From Gemmatimonadota bacterium (lineage in GTDB: Bacteria; Gemmatimonadota; Gemmatimonadetes; Gemmatimonadales; GWC2-71-9): a DNA stretch of 64,000 nt. The position numbers were made by a program, and so were the translations under genes. The notes beneath the pieces are model-generated. The model was not told the origin of the DNA. It worked only from the letters and a program-made list of their open reading frames with translations, and searched no databases. The DNA lies in the NCBI GenBank assembly GCA_040388535.1, contig JAZKBR010000004.1, positions 463,699 through 527,698 on the forward strand, given 5' to 3'. Position 1 is the stretch's first letter, and each line of letters starts with the position of its first letter. Positions 18,039 to 27,905 of this stretch are shown here, one piece after another.

Positions 18039-18710
18039 GTGCCTCGTGCCGCCGCTTCCCCGCCCCGACCCCGTGACGCTGAGCGTACTCGCAGCGCCGT
18101 GCTCGACGCCGCCGAGACGCTTTTCTCGGAGCGCGGCTTCGCTGCCACGTCCATGGCAGATGTTGGCGCCCACGCGGGCGTTTCCCGCGGCACGCCGGGC
18201 TACTTCTTCCGGTCCAAAGCTGAGCTCTATCGGGCCGTGATCGACCGCGCCTTCGCCGACGCGCTCGATGCCGTCCGGGTGGGGCGCGCGCGCGCCATGC
18301 GCAGCGGTCGACCTGCGGCCGACGTGCTCGCGGGGGCAGTGAGCGACTACGTCGACTTCGTCGAGGCGCACCCGAAATTCGTCCGGCTGATCCAGCGCCA
18401 GGCGCTCGGCGAGGCCTCGGGCCTCGGCAACCTCCCACTTGGGCAGGCGGTCGGTGCGGAAGCCGTCGCGGCGCTGGCTCAGGAACTCGGTTTCCCGCCG
18501 CGTGCGCGTTCCGCGGCGATGCACGTCTTTCTGTCGCTGATCGCCCTCACCTGGTTCCCGTTGATTCACGCCACCACGCTGATCCCTGCGATCGGCTTCG
18601 ATGCGGACGACCCGCGATTCGGGGTCGCGCGCAAGAAGCACATCACCGCCCTGCTCCTCGGCGCCTTGCCCCCACGACGCACGCCTTCCGCTCGACGGAG
18701 TTCACGATGA
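18039..18710 (+). CDS. TetR/AcrR-family transcriptional regulator
   Basis: N-terminal HTH RSAVLDAAETLFSERGFAATSMADVGAHAGVSRGTPGYFFRSKAELY. 4-nt overlap with the downstream acyl-CoA dehydrogenase gene. Confidence 0.85.
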   Translation: MPRAAASPPRPRDAERTRSAVLDAAETLFSERGFAATSMADVGAHAGVSRGTPGYFFRSKAELYRAVIDRAFADALDAVRVGRARAMRSGRPAADVLAGAVSDYVDFVEAHPKFVRLIQRQALGEASGLGNLPLGQAVGAEAVAALAQELGFPPRARSAAMHVFLSLIALTWFPLIHATTLIPAIGFDADDPRFGVARKKHITALLLGALPPRRTPSARRSSR

Positions 18711-20572
18711 CTGAAGTGCTCGCTTCCACACCGCGGATGCCGTCGGCGGCCCCGCATGTCGCTCCGAGCGTTGACGAGGCACGCGCCGTCGCCGAGGCGG
18801 CGAGGGAGACCGAATGGAGCGCCCCGAGCTTCGTGCGCGAGCTCTTCGAAGGCCGACTCCGGCTCGACCTGATCCATCCGTTTCCCGCGGCGAGTGCCGA
18901 GGAGATTGCCAAAGCGAAGCCGTTCCTCTCGGCCCTCGAAGCGTTCCTCCACGCGAACGTTGACAGTGACCGGATCGATCGCGAGGGGAAGATCCCCGAT
19001 GAGGTGATCGAGGGATTGCGCGCCCTGGGAGCCTTCGGGATCAAGATCCCCGAGTCGTACGGCGGTCTCGGACTCTCGCAGCTCTCCTACACGCACGCGA
19101 TCGCCATGGTGACCTCGCACGACGGCTCGCTGACGGCGCTGCTCTCTGCGTCGCAATCGATTGGCGTTGCCGTGCCGCTCAGGCTCTTCGGTACCGAGGC
19201 GCAGAAGCAGCGCTACCTGCCGCGGCTCGCGCTCGGCGCAATTTCCGCATTCGCATTGACTGAACGGCAAGTCGGCTCCGATCCCGCCGGCGTCGCGACG
19301 ACCGCCGAGAAGAGCGACGACGGCAGCCACTGGATCCTCAACGGCGAAAAACTCTGGTGTACCAACGGCCCCATCGCCGAGGTGATGGTGGTGATGGCGC
19401 GCACCGGGAAGCGGATCACTGCGTTCGTGGTCGAGTCCGACTGGCCCGGGGTGGAGCTCGTCCACCGGCTCCATTTCATGGGACTCAAAGCGATCGAGAA
19501 CGGCGTGCTCCGCTTCACCAACGTGCGCGTCCCGGCAGAAAACGTGATCTGGGGCGAGGGCAAGGGGCTCAAGCTCGCGCTGACGACGCTCAACACCGGG
19601 CGGCTCACGCTCCCGGCGTCGTGCGCGGCCGGCGCCAAGCGTGCGCTCGAAATCACGCGACGCTGGGCGGCCGAGCGGGTGCAATGGGGGAAGCCGATCG
19701 GGAAACACGATGCCGTCGCGCAGATGCTGGGGACGATGGCAGCCGACACCTTTGCGATGCAGGCCGTGAGCGATCTCGCATCGCTGCTGGCCGATCGGGG
19801 CGATGCCGACATCCGGCTGGAGGCTGCGCTGGCGAAGTTGTGGAACTCGGAAATGGGGGATCGGATCATTGACGACTGCCTGCAGATCAAGGGCGGCCGC
19901 GGCTATGAAACCGCCGACTCACTCCGCCTGCGGGGGGAGCGGCCCGATCCAGTGGAGCGGATGTATCGCGATTTCCGAATCAACCGGATCTTCGAGGGCT
20001 CCAGCGAGATCATGCGCCTCTTCATTGCTCGCGAGGCGGTCGACACCCATCTGAAAGTGGCCGGCGACATGATCGACCCGAAGGCCACCACGTCGACGAA
20101 ACTCAAGAGCCTGCTTCGCGCCGGCGTGTTCTACGCCGGGTGGTATCCACGGCTCTGGTTCGGCGCGGCCTTTCTCAAGCATGGTGAGTTCGGCCCACTC
20201 GCGCGTCACCTCCGGTTCGTCGAACGACGCTCTCGCAAGCTGGCCAGAACGCTCTTCCACGCCATGGTGCGCTTCGGTCCGAAACTCGAGCAGCGGCAAT
20301 CGGTGCTCTTCCGGCTGGTGGATATCGGTGCCGAACTGCTGGCCATGAGTGCCGCCGTCGCCCGGGCCGACGCGCTCATGAAAGCCGGCAACCGCAATGC
20401 GACCGAGCTGGCGGACATCTTCTGCCGTCACGCCGCGCATCGCGTGGATGTCCTGTTCGGTGAGACCTTCGGGCCGGACGATCTGGCGACGTATCGCGCC
20501 GCGCAGCAGGTGATGGCGGGAGAATTCGCCTGGCTTGAGGAGGGGATGGTCCGCGAACCCGAAGCGCGCTAG
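18707..20572 (+). CDS. Long acyl-CoA dehydrogenase (FadE-like with C-terminal extension)
   Basis: 621 aa. Shows ACAD N-terminal, middle and C-terminal domain signatures (GLSQLSY..., FALTERQVGSDPAG, WILNGEKLWCTNG, QIKGGRGYE). Confidence 0.85.
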   Translation: MTEVLASTPRMPSAAPHVAPSVDEARAVAEAARETEWSAPSFVRELFEGRLRLDLIHPFPAASAEEIAKAKPFLSALEAFLHANVDSDRIDREGKIPDEVIEGLRALGAFGIKIPESYGGLGLSQLSYTHAIAMVTSHDGSLTALLSASQSIGVAVPLRLFGTEAQKQRYLPRLALGAISAFALTERQVGSDPAGVATTAEKSDDGSHWILNGEKLWCTNGPIAEVMVVMARTGKRITAFVVESDWPGVELVHRLHFMGLKAIENGVLRFTNVRVPAENVIWGEGKGLKLALTTLNTGRLTLPASCAAGAKRALEITRRWAAERVQWGKPIGKHDAVAQMLGTMAADTFAMQAVSDLASLLADRGDADIRLEAALAKLWNSEMGDRIIDDCLQIKGGRGYETADSLRLRGERPDPVERMYRDFRINRIFEGSSEIMRLFIAREAVDTHLKVAGDMIDPKATTSTKLKSLLRAGVFYAGWYPRLWFGAAFLKHGEFGPLARHLRFVERRSRKLARTLFHAMVRFGPKLEQRQSVLFRLVDIGAELLAMSAAVARADALMKAGNRNATELADIFCRHAAHRVDVLFGETFGPDDLATYRAAQQVMAGEFAWLEEGMVREPEAR

Positions 20573-21057
20573 TCGCCTTCGCTGATGAGGGCGATGGGGA
20601 GGCCGACCATCACCATGTGGCCGACCACCATCGCCACCAGCACGGCGGAGAACTTCAGCGGTCCGCTTGGCGCGTGGGAGAGCGGCACCACGATGAATCG
20701 CATGGCTGCCCACACCACGAGTCCGAAGATGAGGCCGGTGCGCGCCGGTCCGAGCGCGAGTCGTAGTTCCCGGAGCGGTGCGATCCGTCGCGTTGACACA
20801 GCGTAAATCGCGGCCCAGATCAGCGCGATCGTGAAGTGCAGCACGGCCCCTGCCGCCCAGATCCGCATCCCCCCTTCCTTCGCCGCATCGCCCACCGCAC
20901 CCGCGGCAATCGACTGCAGCACCTTGCCCGGGATGAACGTCCCCCGCACCGCGAACGAAATCGACAGCGCCAGCACCAGATCGAGCGCTCCTGCGGCCAG
21001 GCCGGCGCGAATGACGCGATCGAGGGGCACGGGACGGAGCGACGAATCCAGCATCAT
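20569..21057 (-). CDS. Hypothetical integral membrane protein (4 predicted helices)
   Basis: 162 aa with four long hydrophobic segments and no recognised motif. Its stop overlaps the convergent acyl-CoA dehydrogenase stop in the palindrome CTAG. Confidence 0.5.
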   Translation of the reverse strand: MMLDSSLRPVPLDRVIRAGLAAGALDLVLALSISFAVRGTFIPGKVLQSIAAGAVGDAAKEGGMRIWAAGAVLHFTIALIWAAIYAVSTRRIAPLRELRLALGPARTGLIFGLVVWAAMRFIVVPLSHAPSGPLKFSAVLVAMVVGHMVMVGLPIALISEGD

Positions 21058-21148
21058 GGCATTCCGGGCTTCGGGTCAGTTGGCAGGGTGAAGCCAACGA
21101 TACCGGAGGCACCGGGGAGTCGCTGTCAGCGGGGTGTCAGAAACACCG

Positions 21149-22057
21149 TCAGGTTGGAGCCAGGCGACGCGCCAGCGCCGCTCGCAGCGTCGCCTCTTCG
21201 GCGCCTGCCTCGAGCCAGGGTGCCGGCCACACGGTCACGCCATCTCGCGCCCCGAGGAGGGCGCCGAGGACGGCGCCGACCGTCGGTGAGATTCCTCCCT
21301 GCAACGCCATCGCAGCCAGGGTGTCGAGGGGTCTTGGTCGATGATGCGCGGTCCAGAGCAACCAGGCGATCGCCACTTCGGGAGATGGCGCCGCGCCGAG
21401 CGGAACCGGCGGCGGCGTTCCAGGGTCTCGAGGAATCAGGCGAATCGCATCGAGCAGCGTCGCGGGAGCATCATTGGCCCGCAGCACCGCGATGACGTCG
21501 GGAATGAAATCCCGACTCCCCTCGAGAAATCTCGACGCGGCGACGACCACCGCGACCGTGGCGAGTGCCGTCGTTTCGCTCGGGTCGATCAATCGCGCAA
21601 CGTGAAACGCACCGGCAATCATGGCCTGGGGCGACGCGCTCGCGAGCGCGGCCGGGAGGGCAGCCGCCAGCGGCGCGATCCCGGGCGCGGGGAGGTCTGC
21701 GATGGGCGCATCGAAGTCCCGCAGGTGATCGAGCGCAAGCGCGAGGAGGGGGTCCACGTCGGTGCCGTCAGCGGAACGCCACTCGACCCATCGGCCGGCG
21801 AGTCGGCGCAGGTCGACTCCGCCCGCAACAAGCTGCTCCAGCAATGCATCGGCGAGCGCGGTAGCTGCCCGGCGGTGGCCATGGGGCGCCGGGAGTGCCT
21901 GGGGCACGCCTGCCGCGCCGAGGCGCTCTCGGATGGCCTGCGGATCGGTCAGGTCGGCGGTGCTGGCGGCCAGGGCGGCGCCGAGAACGGCGCCGACGAG
22001 GAAGCCTTCGCAGCGCTCGGCGCGCGTCGGATCGGTGGGGAGACGCTGGGCGGTCAT
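21149..22057 (-). CDS. ADP-ribosylglycohydrolase-fold protein with degenerate metal-binding motifs
   Basis: N-terminal CEGFLVGAVLGAALAAS (family consensus G-x3-G-x3-GDALG). C-terminal LQGGISPTVGAVLGALLGARDG (family consensus GGDTDT-x-GA-x-GAL-x-GA). Start taken at MTAQRLP to avoid overlap with gltA. Confidence 0.55.
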   Translation of the reverse strand: MTAQRLPTDPTRAERCEGFLVGAVLGAALAASTADLTDPQAIRERLGAAGVPQALPAPHGHRRAATALADALLEQLVAGGVDLRRLAGRWVEWRSADGTDVDPLLALALDHLRDFDAPIADLPAPGIAPLAAALPAALASASPQAMIAGAFHVARLIDPSETTALATVAVVVAASRFLEGSRDFIPDVIAVLRANDAPATLLDAIRLIPRDPGTPPPVPLGAAPSPEVAIAWLLWTAHHRPRPLDTLAAMALQGGISPTVGAVLGALLGARDGVTVWPAPWLEAGAEEATLRAALARRLAPT

Positions 22058-22160
22058 CCCGACAAGATACCGGAGGTCAGCGCCGCTTCCAGCCCCGTGT
22101 AGATTTCCCCTGCCAGCTATTTCGGCATCACGCTCCACCCTCCTTTTCAGGGGCCCGTCC

Positions 22161-23444
<1,284 letters not shown>

Positions 23445-23453
23445 AGGATCTTG

Positions 23454-23557
23454 GATGACAGATGACAGATGACAGATAACAGCCGAAGGGCCGGCCCCTC
23501 ACTTGGACGCCGGCCCTTCGTGTCTTCTCCACCATCTGTCATCTGTCATCTGTCATC
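23454..23557. repeat. Nested palindromic intergenic element, copy B: (GATGACA)n - GC hairpin - (TGTCATC)n
   Basis: Left arm 23454-23482 is GATGACAGATGACAGATGACAGATAACAG. The core hairpin is at 23484-23520. Right arm 23533-23557 is CATCTGTCATCTGTCATCTGTCATC. The last heptad contains the cyclophilin stop codon. Confidence 0.8.
23484..23520. terminator. Bidirectional terminator hairpin (core of element B)
   Basis: 12-bp stem CGAAGGGCCGGC / GCCGGCCCTTCG with a 13-nt loop, between convergent gltA and the cyclophilin gene. The 11-bp stem sequence is identical to that of copy A. Confidence 0.6.
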
Positions 23558-24131
23558 GTCTCACGATTTCGATAATCCGGATCGCCGGCGTCAGCGCCTG
23601 CCCCGTTGCCGGCGAGTGCTGAATCGCGCGAACGATGGCCATTCCCCCGGTAACCCGGCCGAACGCGGCGAAGCCTTCACCATCGGGATTCCGCTTCCCC
23701 CCGGCATCAAGTTCCGGCTGCGAGCCGATGACAATGAAGAACGAGGAGGTGGCCGTGTTGGCGCCGGCGCGGGCCATGGAGAGCGTGCCATCGACGTGGT
23801 GCAGCCCGGTGACGCGGGTGCCTTCCATGGCGATCGGCGGGAAGTCATCGCTGGCGCGCTCGGACGCCACCGATCCCTGAATCACCTCGATCTTCACCGG
23901 TGAGTCGGGCTGGTTCTGCATCGTGACGGTGCGGTGGAACTGCCCGCCGTGGAAATGACCGCCATCGACATAGCGGAGAAAGTTCGCCGCCGTCCGTGGT
24001 GCGTGCGTGCTATCCACCTCGACAGAGATCTCCCCCATCGAGGTCCTGATCACCAATGGCACAGTGCCCTGTCCCTCGGCACGCACTGCCGCCAGGACAA
24101 GCCCGATCCCGACCACGCGAAGCAATCTCAC
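23553..24131 (-). CDS. Cyclophilin-type peptidyl-prolyl cis-trans isomerase, secreted
   Basis: Signal peptide MRLLRVVGIGLVLAAVRAEG. Cyclophilin motifs FHRTV ... GTLSMARAG ... SSFFIV ... FGRV. GTG start. Confidence 0.85.
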   Translation of the reverse strand: MRLLRVVGIGLVLAAVRAEGQGTVPLVIRTSMGEISVEVDSTHAPRTAANFLRYVDGGHFHGGQFHRTVTMQNQPDSPVKIEVIQGSVASERASDDFPPIAMEGTRVTGLHHVDGTLSMARAGANTATSSFFIVIGSQPELDAGGKRNPDGEGFAAFGRVTGGMAIVRAIQHSPATGQALTPAIRIIEIVRR

Positions 24132-24139
24132 CGGAACAC

Positions 24140-24171
24140 CTCGCTTCTCGCTTCTCCCTTCTCGCTTCTCG
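24140..24171 (-). repeat. Heptanucleotide tandem array, (GAGAAGC)-like x4-5 on the coding strand, between the speA stop and the cyclophilin start
   Basis: Plus strand reads CTCGCTT CTCGCTT CTCCCTT CTCGCTT CTCG. On the minus strand this is a purine-only tract ending in AGCGAGGTG just upstream of the GTG start at 24131. Confidence 0.75.
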
Positions 24172-24173
24172 TC

Positions 24174-26111
24174 CTACTCCTCGAGATACGTATACCCCTC
24201 AAGCCCCGCCACATAATCCGCGATGTAGGCGTTCGCTTCCTGCCGCGACAAGCCATTGGCGCGATTCACCTTGCGGCGGAAGGTCGCCAGCAGGTCGGAA
24301 GCGTGGAACTGCACGTAGGTGAGCACCTCGGTCACGGTGTCGCCGTGCACCAGATCGGTGATTTCGTAGCCATCGTCTTTCTGCCGGACGTGGACCGCGT
24401 TGGTATCACCAAAGAGGTTGTGCAGGTCGCCAAGGATTTCCTGATACGCGCCGGTGAGGAAGATGCCGAGGATGTACGGCTCCCCCTCCTTCCAGGGATG
24501 CAGCTCGAGGGAGGGCTTCCCCTTGCGACCACCGGTGAATCGGTCGATCACGCCATCGGAGTCGCAGGTGACGTCCTGAATAGTGCCGCGGCGCGCCGGC
24601 ATCTCACCGAGACGATGAATCGGCATGATCGGAAAGAGCTGATCGATGGCCCAGTTATCCGGCAGCGACTGAAAGAGCGAGAAATTGCAGAAGTACCGAT
24701 CGACCAGTGCCGTTTCGAGGTGGGCCGCGAGCTCCGGATACGAGGCCCGGTCATCACCCATCGAGGCCGCCAGCGCGTTCAGCGTCGTGATATAGAGCTG
24801 TTCGGCGTTCGCGCGGTCGCGCAGCGAGTAGACACCGCTCGCAAAGAGTTCCTGCGAGCGCTCCTTGGCGAAGACTGCGTCGTGGAAGGCTTCTTCGATC
24901 CGGTCCGGACTCAGGGTGTCAAGGTTCTCCTGCATCTCCAGCAGCAGCGGCTGGTCTTCCTCCTTGAGCACGACCGGGGCGGACTGGTTCTGCGATTCGC
25001 AGTCGATGACGTTGATGAGCAGCAGCGAATGGTGCGCCGTGATCGCGCGACCGGATTCGGAAATGAGATGCGGCATCGGCAGTTCTTCATTCCGGCACAC
25101 GCCGCCGATGGTGTACACCACGTCGTTGGCATACTCGCGCATGGTGTAATTCATCGAGGCAGGCCGTGTGCTGCGTGAGCCGTCGTAGTCCACGCCCAGC
25201 CCGCCACCAACATCCACGTAGTCGATCTCGAATCCCATCTTGCGCAGTTCCACGTAGTACCGACCGACTTCCTCCAGCCCTGCCTTCACGAACCGGATGT
25301 CGGTGATCTGCGACCCGAGGTGGAAATGGACCAGCTTGAGAATGTGCTGCTTGCCGCTCTTCTCGAGCATGTCGAGCAACCGGACAAGCTCCACCGCGGA
25401 GAGGCCGAACTTCGACTTCTCTCCCCCGCTCTTGGCCCAGCGGCCGGAACCCTCGGTCGCCAGCTTGATGCGCACACCCACCGTGGGCTCGATCTTCATC
25501 TCATCGGCGACCTTGAGCAGCACCTCGAGCTCGTTGAGCTGCTCCAGTACAATGACCACCTTGTGCCCCAGCTGCTGCCCGATCAGGGCGAGGCGCATGA
25601 ACTCCTCGTCCTTGTAGCCATTGCAGATGATCAGGTGGCGGGCGCTTTCGTTGAGCCCGAGCACTGCCATCAGCTCGGGCTTGGAGCCGCACTCGAGCCC
25701 GACGCCGTGCGGTGTGCCGAATTCGACGATCTCCTGCACCACATGCCGCTGCTGGTTCACCTTGACCGGATAGACCGTGGTGTACTTCCCTTCGTACCCG
25801 AAATCGTCGATGGCAACACGGAAGCGTTCGGCGAGCTCGGCGATCCGTGAGCGGAGGATGTCGGAGAAGCGGAGCAGGAGCGGGAGCCCGACGCCCTGCG
25901 CGCTGAGGTCCATCGCGATGTGATAGAGATCGATGCCGCCCGTCGCCGCGCCGTCGGGATGCACCATCACATGCCCTTCGTCACTGATCCGGAAATACCC
26001 CAGTCCCCAGCCCTGCATATTGTAGAGCTTCTCGGCATCACGAACCGACCACTTGGAAGGATCCGCCGAGGGCGACAGGACGAACGGGGAACTGGAGGAA
26101 GCGGCCATCAA
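24174..26111 (-). CDS. speA: Biosynthetic arginine decarboxylase
   Basis: 645 aa. N-terminus WSVRDAEKLYNMQGWGLGYFRISDEGHV and PLP-dependent Orn/DAP/Arg decarboxylase family-2 body (YPVKVNQ, HFHLGSQI, DVGGGLGVDYDG). Confidence 0.9.
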   Translation of the reverse strand: MMAASSSSPFVLSPSADPSKWSVRDAEKLYNMQGWGLGYFRISDEGHVMVHPDGAATGGIDLYHIAMDLSAQGVGLPLLLRFSDILRSRIAELAERFRVAIDDFGYEGKYTTVYPVKVNQQRHVVQEIVEFGTPHGVGLECGSKPELMAVLGLNESARHLIICNGYKDEEFMRLALIGQQLGHKVVIVLEQLNELEVLLKVADEMKIEPTVGVRIKLATEGSGRWAKSGGEKSKFGLSAVELVRLLDMLEKSGKQHILKLVHFHLGSQITDIRFVKAGLEEVGRYYVELRKMGFEIDYVDVGGGLGVDYDGSRSTRPASMNYTMREYANDVVYTIGGVCRNEELPMPHLISESGRAITAHHSLLLINVIDCESQNQSAPVVLKEEDQPLLLEMQENLDTLSPDRIEEAFHDAVFAKERSQELFASGVYSLRDRANAEQLYITTLNALAASMGDDRASYPELAAHLETALVDRYFCNFSLFQSLPDNWAIDQLFPIMPIHRLGEMPARRGTIQDVTCDSDGVIDRFTGGRKGKPSLELHPWKEGEPYILGIFLTGAYQEILGDLHNLFGDTNAVHVRQKDDGYEITDLVHGDTVTEVLTYVQFHASDLLATFRRKVNRANGLSRQEANAYIADYVAGLEGYTYLEE

Positions 26112-26201
26112 GCGACTCCTGCGGGGTCCGGGACTATAGAGGGCACAATTCTAACATCCGTCCTGTCAATTGCTCGACCTGCGCCTGGAGAAACCACCGC
26201 G

Positions 26202-27122
26202 ATGTCGGCTTCGAACACGATTGCGATCACCGGCGCCTCCGGGATGATTGGCCAGGCCCTCACGGCGGCGCTGCAGGCGGACGGGCGGACGATCCTCCCC
26301 ATCTCGCGGCACGCGATCCCCGGCGGCACGCGCTGGGACCCGGGTCGCGGAATTCTGGATACCGGCGCACTCGAAGGAGTCGACGCCATCATCCATCTCG
26401 CGGGGGAGAGCATCGCCGCCGGCCGCTGGACGCCAGCGCGCAAGACCCTGCTCCGCGAGTCCCGGCTCACGCCGACCCGCTTGCTCGCGGAGACGATCGG
26501 GCGGCTCACTCAGCCACCCCGAGTCCTCATCTCGGCATCGGCAGTAGGGATCTACGGGAACCGTGGCGATGAACGGCTCGACGAGCGCGCCACCTTTGGC
26601 ACCGACTTCCTGGCGCGCCTCGGGCAGGAGTGGGAGGCCGCCGCGGACCCGGCGCGGGCAGTTGGGGTGCGTGTCGTGCACCCGCGCTTCGGTGTGGTCC
26701 TCTCGACGACCGGCGGCGCACTGAAGAAACTGCTGCCCCCGTTCAGGCTTGGCCTGGGGGGTCCGGTCGGCGATGGCAAGCAGTGGCTCGCGTGGATTGC
26801 CATTTCGGATGTGGTGGGAGTGGTGCGGCACCTGTTGGCGAACGCCGACCTGGCTGGCCCCGTGAACGCGGTCGCCCCGGGAGAGGTGACTAATGGAGAG
26901 TTCGGTCGGATCCTCGGCCGGGTGCTGCACCGGCCGGCGGTGTTGCCGCTCCCCGCATTCGCGCTGAAGCTGGCCTTCGGGGAGATGGCCGAGGCGACGT
27001 TACTGGCGAGCCAGCGCGTCGTCCCGGCCGTGCTTTCGCAAAGCGGCTATCAGTGGAGTTTTCCGGAGCTCGAGCCTGCGCTGCAGGCGATCGTGCATCC
27101 GACGGCGGTCGATCGGCGTTAG
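26202..27122 (+). CDS. TIGR01777/YfcH-like NAD-dependent epimerase-family protein (SDR fold plus DUF1731-type C-terminus)
   Basis: IAITGASGMIGQAL Rossmann motif. Length of 306 aa and a C-terminal VVPAVLSQSGYQWSFPELEPAL tail are typical of the family. Start at MSASNT within ORF 25920-27122. Confidence 0.8.
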   Translation: MSASNTIAITGASGMIGQALTAALQADGRTILPISRHAIPGGTRWDPGRGILDTGALEGVDAIIHLAGESIAAGRWTPARKTLLRESRLTPTRLLAETIGRLTQPPRVLISASAVGIYGNRGDERLDERATFGTDFLARLGQEWEAAADPARAVGVRVVHPRFGVVLSTTGGALKKLLPPFRLGLGGPVGDGKQWLAWIAISDVVGVVRHLLANADLAGPVNAVAPGEVTNGEFGRILGRVLHRPAVLPLPAFALKLAFGEMAEATLLASQRVVPAVLSQSGYQWSFPELEPALQAIVHPTAVDRR

Positions 27123-27880
27123 AGCTGCTCGTCGCGGGCAGGACGCTTCCGGCGCTTCACGCCGGCGCCGGCGAGCCCGAGCAGACCGGTGGCCAGCAGC
27201 GACATTGTCGCCGGCTCCGGCACGATTTCAGTGGCACCGACTGGCGTATCGCCCGTCAACCAGAGGCCGTCTGTCTGGCCATCGCCCTTGAGGGTGACCT
27301 TGAGCGTATTGGAGCCGGCGAGGAGGCCGGGCAGCGAGAAGTTCGCGGTGCAGAGCGGGTAATCACTGCTGTTGAAAATGGCGTCCCCGTCGCGACAGAA
27401 GCCGAAGTGATTGCCAATGGCGCGGTCAGTGGATGACGTCAGCGCGGTCGTCGGATTGAACGTGGTGCCGTTGAGCACGAATCCGGTGAGGATGTTATCC
27501 CAGCCGGCGCTCAGGAGCAGGTTCCCGGCAAAGAGCGAGTTGAAGGTGACTTCAAACGTGTAGAAGTACCGGAGCCCGGCATCGGTGTCCTTGTTGTAGT
27601 CGCCCACCCCACCGACTGCAGAGGAGGAGGGCCAGGCGCTGATCCACTTGGCGCCGGAGCCGACTTCATCCGGTTCCCAGACGCCACCAACCGCCGGAAC
27701 GACCCACGCTCCGTACGAGCCGCCCGAGTTGCCGCCTGGACCGTACGGCCCCGACGTCCAGGAGACCAGCCAGTTCGCGTCCTGCGTGCCGACGGCCGAG
27801 GTGCCCGTCTGGAAAGTCTGGGCCGCAAGCGGTGAAGCAATCAGGACCGAGATCAGGGCAACCGAAGAGATGTGACGCAC
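27119..27880 (-). CDS. PEP-CTERM-anchored secreted protein
   Basis: N-terminal signal peptide (VALISVLIASPLAAQT). C-terminal VPEPATMSLLATGLLGLAGAGVKRRKR (PEP motif, TM helix, basic tail). Confidence 0.75.
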   Translation of the reverse strand: MRHISSVALISVLIASPLAAQTFQTGTSAVGTQDANWLVSWTSGPYGPGGNSGGSYGAWVVPAVGGVWEPDEVGSGAKWISAWPSSSAVGGVGDYNKDTDAGLRYFYTFEVTFNSLFAGNLLLSAGWDNILTGFVLNGTTFNPTTALTSSTDRAIGNHFGFCRDGDAIFNSSDYPLCTANFSLPGLLAGSNTLKVTLKGDGQTDGLWLTGDTPVGATEIVPEPATMSLLATGLLGLAGAGVKRRKRPARDEQL

Positions 27881-27905
27881 GCGCGACTCCTTGGATCAGT
27901 GGGTA

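Noticed and set aside
15483-18641. 1052-aa ORF on the minus strand, plus similar long antisense ORFs such as 845-2146, 14776-16455, 30777-32513, 29084-30655, 53997-54965, 55234-56772 and 56983-58323
   Set aside because: They are Arg/Gly/Pro/Ala-rich and motif-free. They lie exactly antisense to genes with clear family signatures (kinases, cytochromes, sigma factor, hydrolase). This is the typical stop-codon-poor antisense frame of high-GC DNA.
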